A DNA stretch of 64,000 nt from Heteronotia binoei (lineage: Eukaryota): contig NC_083224.1 in the NCBI RefSeq assembly GCF_032191835.1, positions 190,774,001 through 190,838,000 of the forward strand, written 5' to 3'. Of this stretch, positions 14,951-28,356 are shown piece by piece. The notes under the pieces are model-generated. The model made no database searches and had not been told where the DNA came from. It saw only the letters and a list, made by a program, of their open reading frames with translations. Numbering within the stretch: position 1 is the first letter of the stretch; every line of letters starts with the position of its first letter. The translations under genes were made by a program, and so were the position numbers.

Positions 14951-17900
14951 GCAGAGAGGCGGCTTTTTACTGCCTGCCTCTGTGGAGGCCTTGCCAGGTG
15001 GGCCCTTCTTACTTCCCAAGGTATGACGAGGCGTGCCTTTTCTTGGTTCCCCCAGATTATCTTTCTTGCCCCCCCTCCGTAGGGAGACAACACTGTCCCG
15101 TTTATTCTAGGTTAAAGCATACTTCCCTAGCCTTGCTAAGGTGTGTTTTATTTGGGGATTCCTCCCCCAAGTGCCTAGCAGATGCCCCAGATGCCTTCCA
15201 TTGCCTTAATTCCTTGCTCCACCACCAGTGTTCTGTGTCCACGATACTGGAGTGGGGGAGTCCTGCACTGGGTTAGTTGCACAGCACTCTTGGATCCCAG
15301 CCTGAACTGTTGCAAGGTCTAAGCTGTCTCCTTTCAAATCTTGCTGCATCTCCCATGCTTTTGCCCAGATATCAGTGCTGCCTACTTTGCGCCTTCCCTA
15401 TCCAGCCACTTTGGCTTCTTCTGCTGTACTTTTCCCCAGGTGTGACACACATACTGAAGCCATACAGTCATTTGCTGCATCCCCCCCCCCAAAAAAAAAA
15501 TTGTGAATCATTGGTCTGTGTTGATGATCTGCTTTTGGGAGCAGGCTGTGCTGGGAAAGCTTTGACCCAGAAGAGCCAACTTCAGCTTTACTCTTGTTAC
15601 ATCTGAAGGATTTTCTTCTGAGCTGAACTCCTGTTTTTGTCAAATAATGTATTGAATAATAGAATATTTTTGATATTATAAGTTCCAGATGATGGCTTAG
15701 GAAGATGTCTAAGAGAGGACAAGGTAGAAGTTTAAATTATGCAGAGGGTAATGAAAGTGGATAGACAGAATTTTTTCTTTCTCAAATCTAGTATTAGAAT
15801 TCAAGAGCACTTAAATACAGTCAGAATAGACAAAAGTGTTTCTTTGCATAATTGGTGGGGTTTGCTGCTAGTGTGTATAATGATGGCTGTGATTATAGAT
15901 AAATGTAGAAGATTAGCAAAATTCACTAGCCATTGTGAGTAGGAGACAACAGCAGGAGAAGGTCTCAGCCTCTGTGCCCTGTTGTTGGCCCTCAAGCTCA
16001 ACTAGACAACCTCTGTGTGAAACAGGATGCTGGACTAGATGGACCCTCACTAGTCTGACTCAGCAGGGCTCTTGTGATATTCAGTGACTTGCACATCCAT
16101 CTACGGGGCTCAGTGCGGGTCTGAGGATGAATTCAGACTGCAGTTGATGCAACAAATATCACCCCCTTCCTTGTATGATCAAAGGCCAGAAGTTGCCTTG
16201 TTTAGTTTTGGAAACCCAGGACTTCAGGTGGAAGATAGCGATAGAGAACACTGTTGCATTCTACATATATTTCACGCTTAACACAAAGGACAGTTCCCAT
16301 ATTAGAGAGAGCCAGGGCTACAACAGCTAATGACGATTAAGTTGATCACAGATTTTGTTTAGGAGTGAGAAGATCCAGATTAGAAAAATGGAGGGCTGTG
16401 TTCACTTGACCTGGTTCTATGCAGCAGGCCCCTTTTGAAGTTCACTGTCTGAGAAACACGCACATACACTCGCCTTGATCCATCAAGAGTGATGTTGTCT
16501 CCAAGCCTTGCTGGCCCAATCCACCCCAGCTTCTCTAGTGGGTTGTTATTAGTGCATGTATACAACACATTTCACATGTTCAGATTGTATCACGTATACA
16601 AGGGACCGTGCAGTAGCTCTATGAACAGAACCTTGTTTCATTCGACTGTGCAAAGGCTTCATAGCGAGCTGATGCTTGAGGAGTGGAAATTAGATGGGAT
16701 TCCAGCCCTTGGCTTTCTCACTGACCTGGAAGTGAGCACTTGTGTTGCTGTCAAGTGTAAATGTCAGTTCCTGTCCCTGTTGTGTGAGCTTTTTGTGCCC
16801 TGATAGTGTGAAGTTGGGTCTTGCTGATGCAGATGCCAATGACCCATGCCTGATTTAGTGGCAGTAGTGCTGACCTTCCAGCAACTGGCTTGTTTTAAAC
16901 CGAGTAGAGTTTCTGCACTGTCCCATGGTTTGCCCGTGAGTTCTGGTGAAAACCTCTTGGCAGTCTGCATGAGGCTTCTTTAGCCATAGTGTAGCTCAGG
17001 GTTGGGCAACTTGTTCCATTGTTGGTTTCCCTCACCTCAAGAGCCAGTTTGATGTAGTGGTTAAGAGTGGTGGACTCTAATCTGGGAGAACTGGGTTTGA
17101 TCCCCCACCACTCCACATGCACCTGCTGGAATGACCTTGGATCAGTCACAAGTTCTCTCAGAGCTGTTCCTCTCAAGAGCAGAGGTCCATCAATGGCTCT
17201 TAGTCACAGCTTATCATTGGAATTCTCTGTCTGGGGCAGTGATGCTCTGTATTCTGGGTGCTTGGTGAGGCACAGTGGGAGGGCTTCTGGTGTCCAGGCC
17301 CCATTGGTGGACCTCCTGATGGCACCTGGGATTTTTGGCCACTGTATAACAGTGTTGGACTGGATGGGCCATTGGCCTGATCCTACAGGGTTTCTCTTAT
17401 GTGACACAGAGTGCTGGACTGGATGGGCCATTGGCCTGATCCAACATGGCTTCTCTTATGTTCTTATGTGACACAGAGTGTTGGACTAGATGGGCCATTG
17501 GCCTGATCCAACAGGGCTTCTCTTATGTTCTTATGTGAGACAGAGTGTTGGGCTGGATGGGCCATTGGCCTGATCCAACAGGGCTTCTCTTACGTTCTTA
17601 TGTGACACAGAGTGTTGGACTGGATGGGCCATTGACCTGATCCAACAGGGCTTCTCTTATGTGACACAGAGTGTTGGACTGGATGGGCCATTGGCCTGAT
17701 CCAACATGGCTTCTCTTATATTCTTATGTGACACAGAGTGTTGGACTGGAGGGGCCATTGACCTGATCCAACCTGGCTTCTCTTACGTTTTTAAGAGCAG
17801 TTTCTGTCAGAGCTCTCTCAGTCCCACCTACCTCACAGTGTGTCTGTGGTGGGAAGGGAAAGGAGATTGTAAGCCTTTCTGCGTATAAATCCAGTCTCTT

Positions 17901-20900
17901 CTTCTCAAACATTAAATCTATTAGTGTTTTCTTTGTGAAATAATGACTTTCTTTTCTCTTGGGCATTTCTTTCACACTTTTGCCAGACCAAGCAGTGTGT
18001 GTCTGTTTTGTACTTGAGGGAATGGAGTGGTTTGCCTGGTAGAGCGGTCAGAGTGCCAGGCTAGGATCCAAGAAGTCCAGGTGTGGATGGCCACTTTGCT
18101 GGGGAGCCTCCCAGGGTGACCTTGGGACGGTTTCCGTCAGCCTGTTTTGCAGGGTCATCGTTCTAAGGATAAAATGAAGGAGAGGCGAGCCATGTTGTGA
18201 GCACTCTGGGTCCCTCTTGGAGAGATAAATAAAGGATTATGGAAGGATCTTGAGACCAATGAAAACGAGCAGAGGTCCCTTGGAGCATGCTCTCATCTGG
18301 AGTTTTCTTATTCTTTGGAAGCAAGTATTCCTCTGAACCAGTTTAAAAGTAGACCCAGCCCAGTTTGCCAAGTGCATAACTCTAGGGCACTAGGAAATAA
18401 CATCCTGTGAAAACCTTGTTTCCCAAAGACCAGCCTGATCATGGCTTTTGTGGTTTTACCAGAGGTCTCTCTTGCCTACTGAAGAATGTGCTGTGTATTC
18501 CATCACTAAGCATATCAGGCTGCTTTTGAGGCTTCCATTACGTATGAACATACCCACAGGTTGGTGAGCACAGTGGAGCTGGGTCACAGTAGTGAATGTT
18601 GCCATCACAGTGAAAGGCCTGCTGCACTAGTAGGTAATAGCTGTCCTAAGTTCCCTTTCTGAAGAGACTGTGGCCCAGCTTCCGAGTTCGAGTGAATGCG
18701 CGGAAGGATTATCTGCAAAGTGGCCAGTTGAGGCTGTCTTCTCAGCCCTCCATAGCCATGTATTTGAGGTTGCCAACCGGAGTACTTCAGCTTCAGAGGA
18801 CCTATTGTCTCTCTCAGCCAGTGGTTATATTGTCTGTTCTTTCCCTTCTCCTCCAGATACAGAACATGGTGGCAGTACTGGAAGTGATCTCCAGCTTGGA
18901 GAAATACCCGATTACCAAAGAGGCCCTTGAGGTAGGTTTCCGCATTGATTGGTTTCAGTAGGCAAGCCAGCTTTCTGCACAGACTTGGAAAAGAGGATCA
19001 TCCTCTCTGTTGGATGGGAGGAACCAGCACAGTGCTAGTCATTTGGGTCTGGCTTCCCAGTCTCTGTATTTGGAATGCCGGGCTGGAAATAGCATAGTGG
19101 GCCTTCTGTTCTGTTTCTGACTGTGGGCAGGATCCCCCCCACTCCCCCCCATTGCTGCAGCTGTCTCACTTCTTGCCTGGATGCAGTTGCTCCTTCGGGG
19201 CAGGTGAAGAGGAAGAGTTTGCAGTCTGGGCATCTGGTGGCAAAATGCTCTTTGTTCTTTCTCACCTTGTTTAATTTTGGCTTCACTCAGCACTTAATGC
19301 AGAGGCCAGAGCTGCCTCATTGCCACTTCCCTCGGGGTGGGAAGGCGGCGGCGGCGGCAGCAGCGTCACTTTGCCATGGAGTGAATGGGGACTGCAGTGG
19401 GGCACACTAGGCAGAGCTGAGGGGACTTGGGGGGCTTTGCAGGGCTCCAGGCCACAGCTTAAGGTTTCTTTTCTTCCCCTGATTGGCGGGGAGCACACAC
19501 TGCAGCTGTGGGCTGAAGCAGCAGCACTGATGCCGCCCCCCCTTCCTGGTGCTGTTTTGCATGCAGTGCCTGAAAATATACAGCCTTGCTGATCGCTTAT
19601 GGGCAGGATACTCCAAAGCGTGAAAAGTCAAGGGATCAGCTTAACACGTTGCAGCCACCCATGTGTCACTCTGAAGGGGGGGCTTCCATCGACGCCCACA
19701 GCCCCTTCCTCTGCCAATGTTTGTCAGCAAAACAGACAGTCACTTCCAGTGGGCTTGAACGCGTTCCTTGATTTGTGGGGCATTTCAAGCCTTGCTCCAT
19801 GTGGCACAAACACTCAGCCCTCCTGTTTCTTCTGCTACACATCGGAGTGGCTCACAGCTCCCTTCCCAGATCTTATTAGCTGATTTTAATGGCCAGCTTT
19901 GCCCTGCCCTAGTAACCTCTGGTCTGCAGCAGACAGTAAACCCTGCCACAAGGGGGGTGGTGTTGAAGGTGTGCAGGTGCACACCTTGTGTTCCTCCTGA
20001 TTCTAACAAAGTTGCTGTTTTGGGGGACGGGGGAGGGGACTGCCGGAATTTCTCTGCAGAATTTAGCTTCTCTGTGTGTAGATTTGGAGGAAGAGATCCT
20101 CTGCTGTTGTGTGTCATGGGAGTCAAGGGTGGCCACGGCACCACTTGATTGGGAGTCTTGTCAGGTGACTTCTGTGTTCCTTGTTTTCCTTCTTCTAAAA
20201 TAGGAAACGAGACTGGGCAAGCTGATCAATGATGTGCGGAAGAAAACAAAGAATGAGGAGCTGGCCAAGCGTGCAAAAAAACTGCTGCGGAATTGGCAGA
20301 AGCTGATCGAGCCCGTAACACAAAACGAGACTGCCTCGAGGGGCTTGTCCAATCCGCCTGGATCTGCAAACGGCGGAGCTCACAATTGCCGTGTGGAAAC
20401 GCCGCCCGTGGCTGTGGTGGGCTCAAAGCCCGTTCATGATGTGAAGAACAGGAACGATGTGCAGAAGCTGAACTCCCCAAAGCCTGAGAAGCCAGGCAAC
20501 CGGAAGCGGAGAGGTGAGCCCCATGATGGCCACCAGGGCCCTCCTCCCTCGAAGGTTTCTAAAGCCAGCTATGAAGTATTACAGAACTCTTCCCCGCCTC
20601 CCACCAATGGGATTGGGGGGAGCCCAGAGAGCTTCCCCAGCCCTCCAGAGGTGGCCACACTGCCTGGAGCAGAAGGGAGCCAAGTGGACCTGGGTGAAAA
20701 TGACAAACCCAGTAAGATTCCGGTCAATGCGGTCAGGCCCCACACCAGCTCTCCAGGGCTCTTCAAACCTACTGGAGCTTCCTCATTGCTCAAGACGGCA
20801 GCGTTGCAGCAGCAGCAGCAGCATGAGAAAGCGGAGGAGGCAGCCAGCCAAGCCCGGAGCCCCCGTTGCTCCTCCTTCAGCCCAAGGAGTGTCAGGCTGG

Positions 20901-21877
20901 AAACATTTGCTCGGCAGCACACCACGTGCGCTCTGAAGGGCTCCATGTCCACTCCATCTCCAAGGCCTCCCCTCCTGGATGCTGCAGTGGCAGCACCCTC
21001 GTCACCGCCTCTTTCTCTGGCTCAGCCGTCGACCCCACCAGCCCTGGCCAGGAGGCTGGAGGCATCTCCGCAGGAGGGCCCAGAGCCCCCTCTGCCCTCC
21101 CCGGAGCAGCAGGCAGCACCTGAGGGTCAACACTGGCTCGCGGCAGGTGGGAGCGGCCTGCACCTTTCGGAGTCCTTGGCTGGCTTTTCGCCGGACACCT
21201 CAAAGATGGACAGCGACAGTGCTGCATCAGGGTCTGACAGCAGAAAGAAGAAAAAATACCGGCCCAAAGACTACGTGGTCAACTTGGACGGGCAGGCACT
21301 AGAAGCAGGTGTCAAGCCCGTCCGGTTAAAAAAGGAGAGGCGACTTACCTTTGACCCCAAGACGGGCGAGATTAAACCTTTAACGCAGAGGGACTCTCTG
21401 CAGGCGGACCTCCCTGCTCTTGCCCTGCAGCACAGGACAGACACAGACAGGCAGGAGCAAGCCCCGCCCCTGCTTCAGAGTCCCTTTGAACAAACTAATT
21501 GGAAAGAGCTGTCCAGGAATGAAATCATTCAGTCCTACTTGGACAGGCAGAGTACCTTGCTGTCCTCTTCAGGAGTGCAGACTCCTGGGGCCCCCTACTT
21601 CATGTCTCAATATTTAAAGCAAGAGGAAAGCACTAGGAGAGAGGCCAGAAAGACCCACGTTCTGGCTCCTGTCAGCAGCAAACCCACAAACTTGCCTGGG
21701 GTGACACGAGAGGTCACGAGGGAAGACCTCGGCAGGATATCTGACCAGTCTTGGCCAGGTGTGAACGGTTGCTATGACACACAGGGTAACTGGTATGATT
21801 GGACGCAGTGCATATCGCTAGACCCACACGGGGATGACGGGCGCCTGAACATCCTGCCTTATGTCTGCCTAGACTGA
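14577..21877 (+). CDS. MED26: Mediator subunit 26, 607 aa; join(14577..14651,18857..18931,20204..21877)
   Basis: N-terminal TFIIS-N-like domain (QQIRDRLLQAID...[36 protein letters not shown]...WQKLIEP) and C-terminal [41 protein letters not shown]. 75+75+1674 nt, both introns phase 0. Confidence 0.97.
17040..17905 (+). mobile_element. Squam3 SINE interrupted by a 5'-truncated CR1 (17183..17792) with a multimerised 3' end
   Basis: SINE head at 17040-17182 and SINE tail resuming at 17793. aagagcag is duplicated at 17175 and 17793. Confidence 0.82.
18857..18931 (+). CDS. MED26: MED26 exon 2
   Basis: [25 protein letters not shown], donor GTAGGT. Confidence 0.96.
20204..21877 (+). CDS. MED26: MED26 exon 3
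   Basis: [11 protein letters not shown] continuing in frame into the 547-aa ORF 20234..21877. Confidence 0.97.
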   Translation, partial: [557 protein letters not shown]

Positions 21878-22940
21878 GTACAGTTTTGCTAAGATGCTTT
21901 TTACATCGGCAGACAGTAAAACGGGCAGGTGCTACCCCACCCCCCCATCCCCGCCCCGTCACACTGAAACAGGCTCGCCAGGCAGAGGGTATGTACGAGA
22001 ACTGGATACTGGCAGTTCCTCTTTTTTGTGAGGAGCTGGTACCAGTTCACTAACACGTATTGCAAAGGAAGGCATAATGAAGGTTGATTTAAAAACACAC
22101 AGAGTCTGTAGAGCTCCAAACTCTCTAGCAAGGCAGCCCTTAAAAAGTGTTAGTCCCCACAAAGTGAGAGGTGTTTCCAGCACTCTGAATGCCAGAATCT
22201 GAGGAAAGGCAGGTACAGGCAGGCATTGTGGAAGTGGAACATTAACACAGTAGGTGAGTCTATTTATTTGTCTTGATTTGGTTTTCTTTTTTTTTTCTAT
22301 TAAAAAATATAACATGGCAGTGAGATATTGGAAAATGAACTCCGCACAACTGTAGTTACCTCTTATTTGCATTGCATCTCTGCACACCAGTTGTGTGCTC
22401 TTGAGCAGTCCCTTATGTGGAGGGTTGGTTTGCCATGATGTGTTGTGCTAGAAGTTCGGAGGGGAGAGAACTACCACCTTCAGCACAGCATTCTGCCATC
22501 TGCTCTGGGTTTGTGTCAATCCAGTCTGAAAGATGCTGCAGAAAATGTTACTGTTGTCCCAGCATCACCACCAGCCAGCGTGTGTGTGTGCGTGCGTGCT
22601 CCCCAGCAACGCTTTGCAGGGAAGCGAGGGAGGGAGGGAGAGAGGAGTCACTTCTTTTTGTTTGTTTCTTTAAAAAAAAAAAATCAAAAGCAATGGAGGG
22701 TGCTACTAGTTTGTAAATGTCCTGTGAAGGGGGAAATGGGAGCCTGTTTGTATGCTGGAAATATACTTGTTACCATTCCTTTAGATATTGTTTGCCTTAT
22801 GGATACCCATCACAATTGCGATTTGCAAAAACAAGAGCCTTAGTGAATGTACAGTAACTAGACTTCTGTGCTCCTGAGACGCAGAAGAAGCAACTTTGCT
22901 ATTGGTCCTTTAAGTGGACACGTTGTGATATAAATGTGGA

Positions 22941-22946
22941 AATAAA
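22941..22946 (+). terminator. Probable MED26 polyadenylation signal
   Basis: AATAAA about 1.07 kb after the stop, followed by a GT/T-rich stretch (gcagtgtggttttt). Confidence 0.7.
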
Positions 22947-24517
22947 AGAAATTTGCACAAAACGCAGTGTGGTTTTTATATACTCATGTATTTAAAATTA
23001 GTCTGGGTTGGTGACTCCCCCCCCCCCCCTTGCTTGGGCCCGTGTGGATGGGGCCTTCCACTTGCTGCTGCTCTTAGGCGGGGTGGATTTTAACACGTGT
23101 GTAGTTTTTATGTTGGTAGAAGTAAGTTGGAGCTAATTCTTTGCCTACATTTTGTGTTGAATAGACACACACACACACACCCTCTTCCTTACTGAGATTA
23201 GCCTTCAGCCTCGGTTAATCTGCTCTGCCTGTTAATAAGATGATGGCGGAAGCCTCCCCTTGTAACTTCCAGCTCTCTCTCCTGTGAAAGAGCCAGATGG
23301 GTGCCCCTTGCCTGCTCTCTCTTTCTGCAGCTAGGCTGTGCTTGTGACCATGTGGATCTTTGCTTGTCAACACTTAAGTAAGTGTGGCCACCCCCCCCCT
23401 TCAAATCTGGGGTGAGAAAGCAAGGCTGCACAGACCTGCTTCTGAGCAAGGAGGGAGCCGTGACTGTCCTCATTCCTTGCAGCAGGAGGAGTGGGAGGAG
23501 CAGGTGCCCCAGTGATGAGGGAGGCCTTCTGCGTGTGTTGCGCAGAATCCTGACGGGCAGAATGGCATTCCCTCTGCAGAGCTGGACTCCCCTCCATCCT
23601 GCTGCGGCACAAAGTCCCGGGGACCCCTAGGAGCAGCATTTGGGGGGGTGGGGGGCACAGAGCTGGCAAGAATCTGTGGACGTTTCAGCTGGATCACAAC
23701 CAGTAGTGTGTTTAGCGTTCAGTGTGCTTGCTTCAGACGTGTAGGATGACCTAGGCTGAAGATGCCATTCTGAGTTCACTTTCCCAGGGGGGAGCTCAGT
23801 GGGCTGACTTCTGAGCACCCTCTCAAAATCCATTCTCTCTGCTTTGGTTTGGACTGTCTTTCTTCGACTTGGTTGCTGTGTGTGTCTTGTCAACGAGCAG
23901 CGGGACTGACTGTGCTTGCAGGCACAGAAATCACCGTTGTGCACAGGGAGACAGTAAGTGGTCGTGGCAGAAGCATTTTAAGCACAGAGGCACCGAGAAG
24001 TGGCTTGTTGAGCAGTGGGGCCCAGTTGCTGTGCAAGGCCGAAAGCGACCTCTTTGGAGCATCAGTGAGCAGGAATATATAACATGGTTTCCCTAGGTTT
24101 GTGGTGCTTGTTGATTTGGAGGATGCAGCGCTTCAGACATGTTCATCTGCTCGAGAATGGGGTCGTGTGGGTCACTGTGCCTGAGGCAGCTCTGTCAAGA
24201 CTTGCAAGGGTCAGGAGGCCTCAGAACACCTTTTGCACCTGGCGAATGCTCCTTGCATCGAGACAGAAGTGCCACTGCTGGGGGAATGGCTTTGCGGGAG
24301 CCAGCTCTGTGCTTTTTTTAAAAGGCTAGCAGATTTGTAGTTATAATGAGTCCATGGGAGCTTTTGTCCAAATGGTTCTGTTAGTCTTAAGGGACTCTCG
24401 CTTTCCTTTCTGCCTGCAATGGAGGAGGCCTTGGCCCCGAAGAGTTTCTGTTTTGAGGGGGCTGTAACAGAATACCTAGGAGCCAATCTTGTTAGGATTT
24501 CCTTCTGGGCCTGTATG

Positions 24518-25128
24518 CGGAATTGAAAACAAATCAGCCAGTATCATAATGCCCCTGTATAAATCGATGGTGCGGTCTCATTTGGAGTACTGTGTGCAGT
24601 TCTGGTTGCCGTGCCTCAAAAAGGATATTATAGCATTGGAGAAAGTCCAGAAAAGGGCAACTAGAAGGATTAAAGGGCTGGAACACTTTCCCTATGAAGA
24701 AAGGTTGAAACGCTTGGGACTCTTGAGCTTGGAGAAACGTCGACTGTGGGGTGACATGATAGAGGTTTACAAGATAATGCATGGGATGGAGAAAGCAGAG
24801 AAAGAAGTACTTTTCTCCCTTTCTCACAATACAAGAACTCGTGGGCATTCGATGAAATTGCTGAGCAGACAGGTTAACACGGATAAAAGGAAGTACTTCA
24901 CCCAAAGGGTGATTAACATGTGGAATTCACTGCCACAGGAGGTGTGGCGGCCACAAGTATAGCCACCTTCAAGAGGGGTTTAGATAAAAATATGGAGCAC
25001 AGGTCCATCAGTGGCTATTAGCCACAGTGTGTGTGTATATATAAATTTTTTTGCCACTGTGTGACACAGAGTGTTGGACTGGATGGGCCGTTGGCCTGAT
25101 CCAACATGGCTTCTCTTGTGTTCTTATG
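24518..25128 (+). mobile_element. 5'-truncated CR1 LINE (RT C-terminus and 3' UTR)
   Basis: ORF ...[16 protein letters not shown]...LEKVQKRATR...[16 protein letters not shown], tail ttcttatg. Confidence 0.92.
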
Positions 25129-25254
25129 CTGTGGATCACACTCTAAGCCTGTTTGTGTTTAACACGTCTCCCGTATTGCACTCTTTGGGCTGCAGTCCTG
25201 TCTCCATTACTCTCAACTCAGTGGGACTGACTGCTGAGAAAAGCAACCAGCACT

Positions 25255-27330
25255 AGTTGGATGTGTGCTGTCATCGGGGTACCTGTAAGTACTTGTGCTG
25301 CTGCATTCTGGGCCAGTTGTAATTTCCAAGTCAACTTCAAGGGCAGCCCTACATAGAGTGAGTTACAGTATTCCAGCCTGGAGGTGACCACTGTATGGAT
25401 CACGGTGGTGAGGTCAGGATGTGAGAGAAGGGGAGGGGGCAGTTGCCCCAATTGGCATAGCTGAAGAAACACCAGCCTGGCAGTGTTTGCAACCTGGGTC
25501 TCCACAGATGAGGAAGCATCCAGGATCACGCCCAGGCTCTTGATGGTTGGTGCCAATGCTAGCGGCTCACCATCCAGAGCTGGAGTTGGCACCCCATCTT
25601 GGATTGTCCCTGCTCCTCCACAGGACCCCTCCTTTGACTGATTTGGTCTCAGCCAGCTCTGTTTCAGCCACCCAGTCACAGCCTCCAGTCCCTCAACCAA
25701 ATTAGGTGGGGTGGCAGCCAGCTGAATGGATCTGTCTCAACAGATACAGCTGGATGTCATCAGTGTACTGGTGACAAACCAGCCCAAAACTCAGCATCAG
25801 TTGGGTGAGAAGGTGCCTATAGATGTTTAGCAACCTAAGAGAGAGGACTGCCCCCTGGAGAACCCCGCAAACCAAAGGGTAGCAGGGTGATACCCTCTCC
25901 TAGCGTCACCCTCTGTCCCCAGCCCTGGAGAAATGAGGGAAGCCACTTCAAGGCTACCCCACAGACCCCTACGTTGGCGAGGCAATGGGCCAACAGGTCA
26001 TAGACAACTGTCGAATGCTGCTGTCAGGTCTAAAAGCAGCAGCACCAACTCACCTTGATCCAGGTGCCTGCAGAGACCATCTGTGAGGACAACCGGCACC
26101 ACCTCTGTCCTATGGGCAGGCAGAAGCCAGACGTGTCATCCAGGAAACTGGAGCTGCTCCACCTCCATTCTTTCAGTTGCCTTGCCCAGAAACAAAGGAG
26201 CCAGCGGGTCTAAAGATGGCTTTTTCCAGAGCAGTGTTACCATGGCCTCTTAGTCCCCCTGGACTAAACTAAGGGGACAGATGGATAATGTACATTGGGC
26301 CCCTGTATTCTATCACTGCAGGCCCTCACCAGCCACAATGGACATGGTCCTAAGAGGCACGTGGTCAGTCTGACAGCACCCAGGATCCTGTTGACATTGG
26401 CCTGAGAGTCAGCCGAAGTTGCCAAGTACTGGATCCAAAGACAGTCAAGGGGCCTTGAGTTCCCTGACCTTCAACAGTGGCACAGCAGGTCTTGGCAGAG
26501 CAACAGGACTTTATTTGCAAAAAAAGTTCACAAATGTCTCACTGCTTATGGCCAAATTTCTCATATTTTGGACTCTCCCTGAAAGGGAGGTTAGAGACAC
26601 AATTACCTTAAATAATTGTGCTGGGTGAGAGCTAGTAGATGTGATGGAAGCTATAAAGAAATCTCTTTTAGCAGCTTTCACTGCCATTGCATAGGTTTTC
26701 ATAGATACCCTATAGGATGTTCTTGCAGCTTCATTACAAGTCTGACACCAAACTTGTTCTAGCTGCCTAAGTTCTCACTTCATCCCCGTGTGCTCCATGT
26801 TATGCCAAAGGGCCAGGTTAGAGCGGGAATGAAGAGGGCATTGGGGAGCAATTTCATTGATGGCTTCAGAGAGGTGTGTATTCCAGTCCTCTATCAGCAC
26901 GTCCAATGAATTGCTTGGAGGTAACTGATCCCACAGGATGTTCTGGAAGCCTGTACAATCCATAAGTCTCTGTGGATGAGCATAAATCCATTCGCCACTT
27001 AGATAGAGCAAGGGCAGAGCACTCAACCGAGCCTTCAGGGCACAGTGATTTGACCATGGCACCCTGTCAGTGGTAATCAGACCCACATCTATCCCCGTTC
27101 CAAAGATCAAATCCAGTGTGTGGCCTGGTGTATTGAGGGCCTGGTACAAACTGGGAGTCCCAGCGTTGCCCCAGTCCATCAACACCAGGTCCAGAGCCGG
27201 ACTGGACGCAGCCGCATCAGCATGGATGCTGAAGTCCCCAAGAACCTTGGGAACTCCAAGACCCAACCAGCAACCACCTCCAGCGGCCTAGCATGCTGCC
27301 TGCTGGTACACTAGGTGGTCAGTACACCAG
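25255..27330 (-). mobile_element. Degenerate L2-clade LINE (APE endonuclease and RT remnants with internal deletion)
   Basis: LGDFSIH...GHTLDLIF...VPWSNH (endonuclease) and LGVILD...VTSRLEYCNSLYVGLPLK...LQLAQNAAA (RT C-terminus). Confidence 0.85.
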
Positions 27331-27890
27331 CCAGGCAGCCAAACTCTCCTTGGCTTCTCACACCAGACCAACACAATCAATGCCAGAGATCTTCAGCATG
27401 GGAAGCGCCCTGAAAGAAAAAGGCACTCAGATGAGTATCGCTACCCTCCCCCACCCATTTGTCCAAGACTAATGGAGGCCTGAGAAACTGGGGGGGGGGC
27501 TCTTATTATACCTGAAGAACTTGCTGGATGGAAAGGGCTGGCTGCTGGCACAGTTGATGCACTCCCTGGAAGACTGGAGTGTGAATTCCTATGCTTTCTT
27601 CCATGGTGGTGCCTTGCTTTTATGTTACCGTTTGCCCGGCCCCAGATTTGATTGCCTGCTGGTGCCAGGGTGATTTTTTGCAGTCAGGTCTCCTCTTTTT
27701 AAACAAGGCCTTTGTCCCGTTTGTTGGGCTACTGTTACCCTTTTAATATGTACCCTTGCTACCTGTTGAATTGCTACTGGCTTTTGATTGTATGCTGCTG
27801 CATTGTTAGCAGGTAGTGTTCTTAAATTGTAGCCTGGTTTAGGAACCCTGCTGAGAATGCAGCATAAGAAGTACATTAACCAAATAGGTA

Positions 27891-27980
27891 CAGTATTTTT
27901 TGCACCATAAGACTCACTTCCCCCCCCCCCAAAAAAAAAAGTGGAGGAAAAAGTGTGTGCGTCTTAAGGAGCGAATACTG
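27891..27980. mobile_element. Tigger/pogo-like MITE
   Basis: TIRs cagtatttttt.gcaccataagac / gtcttaaggagcgaatactg flanked by TA. Confidence 0.72.
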
Positions 27981-28356
27981 TAACTTGAAATTTATGGTGC
28001 TGCTGCTTTTGTTCAGTTTTGTCCCATTATGTTCTAGTTTAATGAATAGTGGTTATTTTAACATTTCTATTTGCTTTTTAAAGGAAAATGCAAATGAATA
28101 CTGATTTGAATACCTGGAGCCAAGTAAGAGGCTGGGGGGGGGGACCCCCTCCAGTAAAATACTGGATGATGATGATGATGAAGCAGTCTTTTTCAATGTC
28201 TGTGGAATTCCTCCTCTCTGCCCGTGAGCTCAGCCTCTTTCTTTGCTGGGCTTATACCGCGATTCGTGGTCTTAACCCTTTGTGCTTTTCGTGTTTCTGT
28301 AAGCCGCCTGGGGCGCAGTGGGGCAGAAATGCCCTCCTCACCGACTTGGGGGAGAC

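Noticed and set aside
13875-15276. 335, 190, 187 and 206 aa ORFs around the MED26 promoter
   Set aside because: GC-rich, low-complexity, no recognisable domain. Only 14577..14651 is supported.
24489-24962. Reverse-transcriptase-like ORFs (also 40516..41016 and 59084..59484)
   Set aside because: 5'-truncated and frameshifted CR1 remnants. They are neither host genes nor autonomous elements.
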